A stretch of 64,000 nucleotides of DNA from Candidatus Eiseniibacteriota bacterium (GTDB taxonomy: Bacteria > Eisenbacteria > RBG-16-71-46). Of this stretch, positions 54,915 to 64,000 are shown in pieces. The translations under genes and the position numbers were made by a program. The number at the start of each line of letters is the position of its first letter. The stretch's first letter is position 1. Location: assembly GCA_038231135.1 (NCBI GenBank), contig JBBRLX010000018.1, positions 15,477 to 79,476 of the forward strand, read 5' to 3'. The notes below the pieces were generated by a model, which was not told where the DNA came from, did not search any database, and saw nothing but the letters and a program-made list of their open reading frames with translations.

Positions 54915-55724
54915 ATGAAATCCGTACTCCTGCTCCTGTGCCTGGCGACGGGTGTGACCATGGCGGCGCACGCCTCGCCTCCCCCCGCGACCCTGCAACA
55001 CGTGGACCCGAACGCTCCGTGCTTCCGCTGGCCCGCAGTCGACATGGACGGTGACGGTGTGTTCGACCGTATCGATCACTGCCCCAACACGCCCAAGGGC
55101 TGCACGGTGGATGCGTGGGGGTGTCAGACCGATGAAGATCACGACGGCGTGTGCGACGGGCTCGACCAGTGCCCCGGCACGCCGCCCGGCGCCAAGGTGG
55201 ATTCGCACGGCTGCTCGGACAGCCAGAAGACCGGCACGGCCGCTGCGACCCCTGTGGTGAAGGAGCCGGAGCACGCGGCGCCGCCGCCGCCCAAACCGGC
55301 CGAGCCCACGAGCGAGATCGAGCGCCAGCTCATTCAGACCGGCCGCATCCGGCTCGAGAACGTGTACTTCGAGACCGCGAGCGCCAGGCTGCTGCCCGAG
55401 AGCGAGGAGACGTTGCGCGAAGTCGACCGCACGCTGGAGAAGTTTCCGGAACTGCGGGTCGAGATCGAAGGCCACACCGACACGCGCGGCGCGGCGCGCT
55501 ACAACCTGCGCCTGAGCCAGTTGCGCGCGGAATCGGTGCGCGCGTTCCTGCTCGCGAACGCGCATCTCGAAGCCGAGAATTTCACGGCGAAGGGTTATGG
55601 CGAGACGCGCCCCGAGACCAGGGAGCGCAACGATGAGGAGTTACTGCGCAACCGCCGGGTGGTGCTGCGCGTGCTGAATCCGGAAGTGCTGCCGAAGGGC
55701 GTGAAGATGGACACCACGCATTGA
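54915..55724 (+). CDS. OmpA-family protein with two TSP3-like repeats (no beta-barrel)
   Basis: AGGAGG RBS, signal peptide, DMDGDGVFDRIDHCPNTP, GHTD...NLRLSQLRA...NRRV. Confidence 0.92.
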   Translation: MKSVLLLLCLATGVTMAAHASPPPATLQHVDPNAPCFRWPAVDMDGDGVFDRIDHCPNTPKGCTVDAWGCQTDEDHDGVCDGLDQCPGTPPGAKVDSHGCSDSQKTGTAAATPVVKEPEHAAPPPPKPAEPTSEIERQLIQTGRIRLENVYFETASARLLPESEETLREVDRTLEKFPELRVEIEGHTDTRGAARYNLRLSQLRAESVRAFLLANAHLEAENFTAKGYGETRPETRERNDEELLRNRRVVLRVLNPEVLPKGVKMDTTH

Positions 55725-55835
55725 TGCGTATTTGAAAGGACACGATCTCCCGGCCGGCCGGAGCGCGGACATGCCGCGTTCGCGACGCTCCCGGCCCGCC
55801 GGGGGAGCACTCTGCAGCGGAAGGATCGAGCCGAG

Positions 55836-56249
55836 ATGAAAGCCAAGATGATGCTTGCCGAGGCCGCGACCGGACACCCCGACGGGACCATCAGCATGCT
55901 GCGTGCGGGCATCACGCACGTGTGGGTGCAGAACCCGCCCTATGGGCTGCAGGCCTCGCTGGTGTCGCGGATCGAGGCCGAGATGGGCGATGCCGGCCCG
56001 CACCAGTTCGATCTGCGGTGCATGACCGACGACGGCGCCGAGGTGATGCCGAAGATGCAGGGCCAGTTCACCGCCCCCCAGGGCGGCGGCATCAACAACT
56101 TGATCCTGAACTTCAGCACCGCATTCCCCAAGCCGGGGCGTTACACGTTCGTGCTGCGCGTCGACAACGTGCAGTTGGACATGTGCACGGTGCAGGTGAC
56201 GCAGGCGCCGGAGGGGGCTCCGGCGGGGCCGACGCAGGCGTCGAACTGA
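55836..56249 (+). CDS. Small hypothetical protein (DUF6941-like beta-sandwich)
   Basis: MLAEAA...DGTISML...FPKPGRYTFVLRVD pattern. Confidence 0.7.
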   Translation: MKAKMMLAEAATGHPDGTISMLRAGITHVWVQNPPYGLQASLVSRIEAEMGDAGPHQFDLRCMTDDGAEVMPKMQGQFTAPQGGGINNLILNFSTAFPKPGRYTFVLRVDNVQLDMCTVQVTQAPEGAPAGPTQASN

Positions 56250-56253
56250 CAGC

Positions 56254-58326
56254 TCACGCCGCGCGTTTCGCCGGCGCCTGCATGCCCCAGCGTGACAGGA
56301 CGCTCTCGGCGATCAGCAGCAGCAGCGCGAGCACGATGAACAGGCTCCACAACTCGCGGCCGTAGCGCGCCTCGCGGACGCGGCGCGCGAGGTCGGCGCC
56401 GGGGCGCACCACCTGGGCACGGCCGTTCGGGAACGCGCCCACCAGCGCGTCCTCGGGCAGCGAGGTGAGATCGGACTCGCGCACGTCGGGATTCACGGCG
56501 AACGTGCTGCGGAGCCGGCCGCCCTGCAGCACGCGGTAGAGCCCGGTGCGCTCGAGCGGCACCGATTGCAGCCGTGTGGCGCCGCGCTCCGAGACCAGCT
56601 CCGACGCGATCTCGTGGCCGCCCGTGTCCTCGATGCGCCACACTCCGGTGCTGGCGGGCGCGCTGTAGCGGTCGCCGGGCGCGAGCGACGATGCCGCGGT
56701 GCCGCGGGCCAGCACCTTCGCGGCCTGATGCATCAGGGGCAGGAACGCGCCGCTCATCGGAAAGTCTGTGCTCGCGGCGTCGAGCGGCGTGAGCAGCACC
56801 ATGGCGTGCGGCGCCTCCACCAGCGCCGGATGCGCGCGATCGAACGCCAGCAGCGTGCGCGTCGCGACGGCCGGGGTGAAGCCGCGGATCGCGGCGAAGC
56901 GCGCGTTCGACAACGGCTCGCCGGGCCGGCTCGGGAACCCGGCGAGCACGGGATGACCGGCCACCGAGCGCACCAGCCGCCACGCCGCGCCCGCCGGGGC
57001 CTGTTCGATGCCGCCGAGCGTGCCCGCGCCGAATTCGCGCAGCAGCGAGGTGTTCCAGAACGCGGCGTCGGCGCGCGCGCCGGGCACGAGCAGCACGGCG
57101 CCGCCGGCGCGATGGTAGTCGAGCACGGCCTGCAGCTCCGACGATCCCAGACGCTCCACGTCGTGGATCACGAGCGCATCGGCGTCGCGCAGTCTCCCGG
57201 GCAGCGCCGCCGGGTCGACGGCTTCGACGGCGATCCCCGAGGCGGGCGAGCCGGCCTCGAGGGCGAGCCTGAGCGGCGACGGGCCGCCATCCTCGCGCAC
57301 CAGCACGCGCAGCGTGCCCGAACGGCCGGCGGCGAACGCTCGTGTGTTGTCGAGCGCGAGCGCGTCGTCGGGGATATGCGCGATGCCGCCCTGCTCGGGG
57401 CTGCGCGCCAGCGGCAGCAGGCTCGACGCCTCGCCCTCGGCGGGCAGGTTCAGGAACCCGCGGCCGAGCTCGGTGCCCGCGCCGGCCTCGTGCACGTCGA
57501 CGGCGAGATCGCCGGGCGTGGCGCCGAACGACCGTCCGCTTACGGTCAGCGCGATGTCGCCTTCGGTCGGCGCGAGCGCGGCGTCGGTGAGCGCGACGTT
57601 CGCACGGCTGCGGGGCGTGAGCGGGATCAGGTAGAGCCGCGACTGGTCCCACGGCCCGGGCGGCGCGACGAGGCGTCCGGCGTTGCCCGCCGTGCCTGGC
57701 GCCGCGCCGAACCCGTCGCGCTGGAAGTCCGACACCCAGAACAGTTCGCGGTTGAGCGAGTGCGAGGCGCCGAGCGTCGCGGCGGCGACGGCGAGCGCGG
57801 CGTCGTGATCCGTGGTGCGCGCGGTCGCGGCCACGCCCTGCACCGCTGCCCGCATGCGGCCCAGGTCCGAACTGGGTCGCGGGGTCGCAGGGTGCGCCGC
57901 GACGTCATAGGGCACGAGCTGGATCTCATCCTGGGGGCCGAGCGTGCCGAGCAGGTCCTCGACCACGCGCCGCGCCTGGTCGAGCAGCGTGCCCCCGGCC
58001 GGTCCCGCGCCCGCGGCACTCATGCTGCCGCTCTGGTCGATCAGCACCACCACCGTGGTGCCGGCGCCGCTCTTGAGGCCGACCGTGCCCTTGAGTGCGG
58101 GGCGCGCGATCGCCATCGCGAGTGCCGCCACGGCGAGCGTGCGCAGCAGCAGCAGCAGCCACTGCTTGAGCTTGAGCCGCCGGATCTCGCTCTGGTTCAC
58201 CTCGGTCAGGAATTCGAGCGAGGGGAACAGCGTCTCCTTCGGCTGCCGGCGCGTGAACAGGTGGATGATCACCGGGATCGCCGCGGCGACGAGGCCGAAC
58301 AGCAGGAACGGATTGAGGAAACTCAT
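56254..58326 (-). CDS. BatA N-terminal domain + vWA protein
   Basis: MSFLNP..L.GL....PVIIHL, FPSLEFL, LLLRTL, DQSGSM MIDAS, VSDFQ, C-terminal TM. Confidence 0.93.
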   Translation of the reverse strand: MSFLNPFLLFGLVAAAIPVIIHLFTRRQPKETLFPSLEFLTEVNQSEIRRLKLKQWLLLLLRTLAVAALAMAIARPALKGTVGLKSGAGTTVVVLIDQSGSMSAAGAGPAGGTLLDQARRVVEDLLGTLGPQDEIQLVPYDVAAHPATPRPSSDLGRMRAAVQGVAATARTTDHDAALAVAAATLGASHSLNRELFWVSDFQRDGFGAAPGTAGNAGRLVAPPGPWDQSRLYLIPLTPRSRANVALTDAALAPTEGDIALTVSGRSFGATPGDLAVDVHEAGAGTELGRGFLNLPAEGEASSLLPLARSPEQGGIAHIPDDALALDNTRAFAAGRSGTLRVLVREDGGPSPLRLALEAGSPASGIAVEAVDPAALPGRLRDADALVIHDVERLGSSELQAVLDYHRAGGAVLLVPGARADAAFWNTSLLREFGAGTLGGIEQAPAGAAWRLVRSVAGHPVLAGFPSRPGEPLSNARFAAIRGFTPAVATRTLLAFDRAHPALVEAPHAMVLLTPLDAASTDFPMSGAFLPLMHQAAKVLARGTAASSLAPGDRYSAPASTGVWRIEDTGGHEIASELVSERGATRLQSVPLERTGLYRVLQGGRLRSTFAVNPDVRESDLTSLPEDALVGAFPNGRAQVVRPGADLARRVREARYGRELWSLFIVLALLLLIAESVLSRWGMQAPAKRAA

Positions 58327-58357
58327 CGCGTACGACCCGGGGCCGCGCGGCGGAGTG

Positions 58358-58975
58358 TCATCGCGGGTAGTCCGTGTAGCGCCCGAGCGAGTCGCTCCAC
58401 AACTCGATGCGCGTCACCGGGTGGATCTCCCATGAGCTGAGCCGTATGGGCCCGTAGCCAGACGCGCCTTCATATTCGTAGTCGTAGAGCAGCCAGCCAC
58501 TCACCCGCACGCGGCGCGTGCCGCTGTCCCACGGCGTGACCCCGCCGGTATTGGGACGGAACGCCTGCAGCAAACGCTCGTATCCCCAGCGCTGCGACCC
58601 GGCGCGCCACTGGGGCGTGATCTCGGCGGTCACGTAGCGCAGGTTGGGATCGCCGGGGCGCCGCGGCAATGGCGCGACCTCGAGATGGATGTCGTCGTCG
58701 GCCGCGCGCAGCATGCGCTGGACGTAGCCCTCGAGCGACACCGCGCGGCGCTCGCGCGGCGCGAACTCCGCGAGCGGCAGGTGGCGCGGCATCGCGGCGA
58801 ACGCGTCGTAGGAGGACTTTGCCACCGAATCCGGCGGCGTGACGCGATCCTTCATGGTCCGCAGATGGCGCGCCGCCACGCTCGCGGTGGGAAACCGGCC
58901 CATCACGTGCAGGTAGGCCGCCAGCGCGCCGAGTCCGGCGAGCAGCGTGAGCGCGGCCGCGATGCGCAGGATCAC
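58358..58975 (-). CDS. Membrane-anchored hypothetical protein (putative OB-fold, WEIHPV motif)
   Basis: GTGA overlap with the DUF58 stop, N-terminal TM, DDDIHL...AEITP...RVSGWLLYD...WEIHPV. Confidence 0.75.
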   Translation of the reverse strand: MILRIAAALTLLAGLGALAAYLHVMGRFPTASVAARHLRTMKDRVTPPDSVAKSSYDAFAAMPRHLPLAEFAPRERRAVSLEGYVQRMLRAADDDIHLEVAPLPRRPGDPNLRYVTAEITPQWRAGSQRWGYERLLQAFRPNTGGVTPWDSGTRRVRVSGWLLYDYEYEGASGYGPIRLSSWEIHPVTRIELWSDSLGRYTDYPR

Positions 58976-59913
58976 ATCAGCCTCGCGCGTTTCTCGAGGT
59001 AGGCGAGCAGCGCCCGGTCGAACGGCGTGCGGGTGTCGAGTTGCACGTAGTCGATGCTGCGCTCGCGGCAGTTGCGGCGATAGAAGTCCGTCCACGCCGC
59101 GAGCCGTTCGCGGTAGCGCCGGGCGATTTCCCACGGCTCGGTCGTGAGCCGCTCGCCGCTCTCCATGTCGACGAACGTCGTGGTGTTGGTATAGGGAAAA
59201 TCGACCTCGTCGGGATCGAGCACGTGCAGCACCACGACCTCGTGGTGGCGGTGGCGGAAGTGCTGGAGCCCCGACATGATGTCCTCGGGCTTGTCCATCA
59301 GATCCGAGCACAGGATCACGAGTCCGCGTCGCTTCACGCGCTCCGCCAGCTCGTGGAGTACGGGGCCGAGGCGGGTCTTGCCCTGGGGCTTGTGCAGCTC
59401 GAACGCCTTGAGCAGCACGTCGAGGTGCGAGCGCACGGCGCGCGCCGGGATATAGGTGAGCGGGCGTTCGGCGAACATCAGCGCCCCGACCGCGTCCTGC
59501 TGGTGGATCATCAGGTAGGCGAGCGCGGCCGCGACCGACTGGGCGTACTCCAGCTTGCTCATCACCGCGCGCGGCGAGCGGAATGCCATCGATCCCGACA
59601 GGTCGAGCAGCAGATGGCAGCGGAGGTTCGTCTCCTCTGTGTACTGCTTGATCAGGTAGCGATCGCTGCGCGCCCACACCTTCCAGTCGATGTTCTTGAT
59701 CGGGTCGCCCGGCATGTACGGCCGGTGCTCCGCGAACTCCACGCTGAAGCCGTGAAACGGCGAGCGGTGCATGCCGGCGATGAAGCCTTCGACCACGAGC
59801 CGCGCGCGCACGTCCAGGTGCCCGAGGCGCGCCACCACTTCGGGACTCAGGATATTGCGGCCGGAGCGGCCCGCGGCGTTGCCGAAACGGGGTGCGGACG
59901 GCGTGTCGGTCAT
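58972..59913 (-). CDS. DUF58-family protein
   Basis: GMHRSPFHGFSVEFAEHRPYMPGD, IDWK, DLSGSM, SDL. Confidence 0.95.
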   Translation of the reverse strand: MTDTPSAPRFGNAAGRSGRNILSPEVVARLGHLDVRARLVVEGFIAGMHRSPFHGFSVEFAEHRPYMPGDPIKNIDWKVWARSDRYLIKQYTEETNLRCHLLLDLSGSMAFRSPRAVMSKLEYAQSVAAALAYLMIHQQDAVGALMFAERPLTYIPARAVRSHLDVLLKAFELHKPQGKTRLGPVLHELAERVKRRGLVILCSDLMDKPEDIMSGLQHFRHRHHEVVVLHVLDPDEVDFPYTNTTTFVDMESGERLTTEPWEIARRYRERLAAWTDFYRRNCRERSIDYVQLDTRTPFDRALLAYLEKRARLM

Positions 59914-60085
59914 GTCGGGTTCGATCTCGGAATCGTCACGCAGGGCTCCGGGAGCAAGGGCCGGGCGGCAACAGTGCCGGGGGCGGGAGCACGATCATAG
60001 TGTACCGGACGGCCCTGCGCCTCCCGGCGGGATGCGTCGCGAGACCGGCCGTCGATCGCACGACGCGCGTACGACCCGGCGTCCA

Positions 60086-60847
60086 TCAATCCCGCCACGC
60101 CCACGCCAGCATCTGCTGGTCGTCGCGCTCGAGTGCCTCGTGTTCGAACCCGCCGAAGATCTCCCAGCGCGCGAAGCCGGCGAGCCGGAACAGCAGCTCG
60201 AACTCGAACCGGTAGATCCAGCGCTGCGTGGTCTCGAACCGCGTGCGGTCGACGACGTCACCGCCGGCGGTCAACTCGCGGAGCTCGACCTCGGAGCGCT
60301 GGCGCTGTTCGACGATGTTCTTGAACCGCGTGTCCCACATCTGCAGCCGGTGGTCGTTCAACGGGTGCGGGGTTTCGAGCTCGAACACCGGTTCACCGTC
60401 GGTGCCCAGCCACAGCGATGTGCTGGGATAGGACATGTGGATCACGAGCGCTCCGCCCGGCTCCAGGTGGTCGCGAATGCAGCGCAGCGCGCGCAGTTGC
60501 TCGTCGATGGTGTCGCAATGCGCGAACGCGTTGAACGCGCAGAACGCGCGCGCGTAGCGACGGGTCAGCGTGAAGTCGCGCATGTCGGCGACGCTGACCC
60601 GCGCCGGCAAGTTGCGCTCGGCGGCCTTCTCGCGCAGCCGCTCGATCATGGGCTCCGACAGGTCGAAACCGTCGGCGTCGACTCCTGCCGCGAGCAGCGC
60701 GAGCAGCACGCGGCCGGTGCCGCACGCCACCTCGAGCACCGGGCCGTTCGCGACGCGGCCCTGGGCGACATAGTAGGGCACGTCGAACTGCAGCGACTCG
60801 AAGATCAGGTCGTAGAGGTCGGGGGCGTCGTACGGTGACGGCGTCAA
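60086..60847 (-). CDS. Class I SAM-dependent methyltransferase (paralog B)
   Basis: GPVLEVACGTGR, ADMRDF, HLEPGG. TTGA overlap start (alternative ATG 60865). Confidence 0.92.
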   Translation of the reverse strand: MTPSPYDAPDLYDLIFESLQFDVPYYVAQGRVANGPVLEVACGTGRVLLALLAAGVDADGFDLSEPMIERLREKAAERNLPARVSVADMRDFTLTRRYARAFCAFNAFAHCDTIDEQLRALRCIRDHLEPGGALVIHMSYPSTSLWLGTDGEPVFELETPHPLNDHRLQMWDTRFKNIVEQRQRSEVELRELTAGGDVVDRTRFETTQRWIYRFEFELLFRLAGFARWEIFGGFEHEALERDDQQMLAWAWRD

Positions 60848-61638
60848 TCCGGGCTCGCGGTCCATATCATCTCGTCGGTCTCGCGCTCGAGCGGCCGGCC
60901 GTCGAACCCGCCGCGGACCTCCCAGTGCCGGTAGCCCGCGGCCTCGAGCAGCAACTCGAGCTCGAAACGATACGACCAGCGCAGCGTGAACGTGTAGCGG
61001 TGCAGCGTGTGCCGCGCCCCCGCCGCGTCCGTTCGCACGACCTCGCGTTCCACGGTCGTGACCTGGTTCACGCGGTCGTAGCGCGAGAGATCCCACAACT
61101 CGACCCGCGTGCCGTCGTCCGGATGCTGAAATTCCCGGTCGCACGTCCGCTTGCCGTCGTGCTCGGCCATGAACCGCGGGCTGGGATAGAACTGGTTCAT
61201 CACCAGCGCGCCCCCCGGCTCGAGGTGATCGCGGATGCAGCGCAGCGCGCGCAACTGGTCCTCCGTGGTCTTCAGGTGCATGAACGCACGGAACGGGATC
61301 GTGATGAGTGCGTAGCGGCGGGGCCGCGTGAAGTCGCGCATGTCGGCGACGGCCACATCCACGGACAGGTTCGCGGCCGCAGCCTTGGCGCGCAGCCGCT
61401 CGATCATCGCGGGCTCGAGATCGATGCCGTCGATGTCCACGCCCGCCGCGCGCGTTGGCAGCAGGATGCGGCCGGTGCCGCACGCCACTTCGAGCACCGG
61501 CCCCGCGCTCCGCTTCGCCAGCTCGACGTAGAACGCGAGGTCGGCGTCGTACCACGAATAGACGATGTCGTAGAGGACGGGATCGACGTAGGGACCGCGA
61601 TGCCCGCCGGTGTCCGGCGCGGCGGCTGCCGGGCTCAT
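60844..61638 (-). CDS. Class I SAM-dependent methyltransferase (paralog A)
   Basis: GPVLEVACGTGR, ADMRDF, HLEPGG. Confidence 0.93.
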   Translation of the reverse strand: MSPAAAAPDTGGHRGPYVDPVLYDIVYSWYDADLAFYVELAKRSAGPVLEVACGTGRILLPTRAAGVDIDGIDLEPAMIERLRAKAAAANLSVDVAVADMRDFTRPRRYALITIPFRAFMHLKTTEDQLRALRCIRDHLEPGGALVMNQFYPSPRFMAEHDGKRTCDREFQHPDDGTRVELWDLSRYDRVNQVTTVEREVVRTDAAGARHTLHRYTFTLRWSYRFELELLLEAAGYRHWEVRGGFDGRPLERETDEMIWTASPD

Positions 61639-61689
61639 GAAGAATCTCCGGATTCGTGACCCGCGCCGGGGCCAGCGCCCCGCGCCGCG

Positions 61690-62688
<999 letters not shown>

Positions 62689-63049
62689 GTGGGTCCTCGG
62701 GAACGGCGGCGCGGGATCGAAGCGGACGAGGTGCTGCGACGGCTTGGTTCGGAACGCCGAGGCGGCCCGGTAGGGGATTGCGATTCCAACGACCCTAGCA
62801 CGCGCTCGGCGGAGCGGCCAAAGCCGGGACGGGCGGGCGCGGGGGGGGGACGGGACGAGCGCGGGGATGGCGGCCGGGGGGGGGTGTCGTGTGCCTTACA
62901 TGGCTGATGCGCTGACTCGATCCAAGGGAGCCACGATTGCGCCAGTTCAGAACCCGCTTCCATTCTGCTCGGCCACACCAAGCCCGGCCTCTGAGTTCAA
63001 GCCCACGACCGCGAATCGTTCTGAACGACCCTCGGGGAAGGAAGTAGGG

Positions 63050-63628
63050 TCAACGCAGGGACACGATCGGCGGTTTGTGGAATGGCCCGCCCCCGATGAT
63101 GAACCACTCGATAGGGAAACCGCCCTCATGTGCGATGGCGAGACCCGCGATCTTGGCGTCAGTCGGCAACACAAACACCCGCACCGAGTAGACCGATTGC
63201 TGCGGCCGGAGGAGGCTATCTAGCGGGCCTGCGGATGGGTCCGTGACGGGGTCAAATCGGCGATTGCGCGTATCGAGCATGTAGACGGCTACGCCCCTCT
63301 CACGCTGCGAGACACGGCGGGCGCGACTGGAAAGGCGCAGGGTCACGCGGTAGGTGACCTTAGACGCCGCGATGGTCCGATCGAACCGCTCGACGCCGAT
63401 GCACCAATCGTCATAACACTTGCTTTCGCCGACTTTCAGGATTTCGCGGGACGAGATCAGGGAGGTGACCACGACGATGGCGAGATAGATCGCGACCAAG
63501 CCCCCGTATACTCGGAGAATCCGGAGTGCTCGATTCCCGCGGCCGAAAGTGACGTTGCCAAGGACCGCAAGTAACGTGACGACTGAAAGCAGACACACGA
63601 GGATAAAGAGGAGATCGAAGACAGTCAC
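63050..63628 (-). CDS. Hypothetical membrane protein (two TM + Ig-like domain)
   Basis: GGAGGG RBS plus GTG 63628, two hydrophobic helices, CYDDWC; visibly lower GC. Confidence 0.75.
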   Translation of the reverse strand: MTVFDLLFILVCLLSVVTLLAVLGNVTFGRGNRALRILRVYGGLVAIYLAIVVVTSLISSREILKVGESKCYDDWCIGVERFDRTIAASKVTYRVTLRLSSRARRVSQRERGVAVYMLDTRNRRFDPVTDPSAGPLDSLLRPQQSVYSVRVFVLPTDAKIAGLAIAHEGGFPIEWFIIGGGPFHKPPIVSLR

Positions 63629-63673
63629 TTTGCCCTCCCAAGTACTTTGCATTGTAAAGTAACAGCTCCTAGG

Positions 63674-64000
63674 CCTCAAACAAGCGCGGTTTCGCAGCGG
63701 CATTTGCGCACGCGGGTCTGATTTGTACGAGCATGATAGAACCTCCGGCCAAACACGGTCGTTGGATTGCTACTTCGTCTGAACTGCTCTTCCGCCGCCG
63801 CTCCCTCATCGCTGAACCGTGATGGACTGGTTTCCGCCCCGCACCGCCTCCCGATTCGACTCCATCAGCAGCGCAGCGCCGTGATGCCGCGCAGGAACAC
63901 CCGCTGCCATGGATTCCACGCCAGCAGTCGATAGACGATGCGTCGTCCCGTGCGGAGGATCTGACACGGCGTCATGATGAACGCCTGCTGGAACGTGCGG
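63674..64000 (-). mobile_element. Downstream end of an IS1380-family-like insertion sequence (partial)
   Basis: Transposase C-terminus at 63865-64000; candidate terminal repeat CCTCAAACAAGCG begins at 63674. Confidence 0.65.
63865..64000 (-). CDS. IS1380-family transposase C-terminus (partial, absent from the ORF track)
   Basis: RTFQQAFIMTPCQILRTGRRIVYRLLAWNPWQRVFLRGITALRC*, matching the remembered P.QI.R.GRR...RL..WNPW end of IS1380-type transposases. Confidence 0.72.
   Translation of the reverse strand, partial: RTFQQAFIMTPCQILRTGRRIVYRLLAWNPWQRVFLRGITALRC

Overview
A high-GC bacterial chromosome segment with about 58 genes. It probably comes from an FCB-related lineage such as Candidatus Eisenbacteria; this is inferred from the C-terminal motifs of its secreted proteins, not from a marker gene. 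The housekeeping backbone is mfd, two PPIases, ftsEX-envC, holB, ricT/yaaT, metG, tatD, rsmA, thiL, ogt, eda and a moxR-DUF58-BatA cluster. It is interleaved with envelope and accessory genes: two ABC modules, two two-component systems, an ECF sigma/anti-sigma pair, two TSP3-repeat OmpA proteins, AsmA and several secreted orphans. The 3' end of an IS1380-like transposase and its probable terminal repeat lie at the right edge. I found no tRNA, rRNA or CRISPR array. The most notable signals are: (i) two unrelated secreted proteins ending in the same TPT-x3-[ST]WGxLKxR[YW] tail, a candidate protein-sorting signal; (ii) dense D-[ST]-hydrophobic O-glycosylation-type sequons in exported proteins; (iii) apparent pseudoenzymes (glycogen debranching-like protein, FtsE, LexA/S24-like regulator); (iv) a Cys/His-rich exported protein beside a two-component system; (v) a TA-flanked 23-bp palindromic element; (vi) a possible attenuator in the mfd leader; (vii) many apparently leaderless genes. 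All calls were made by eye, without database searches.
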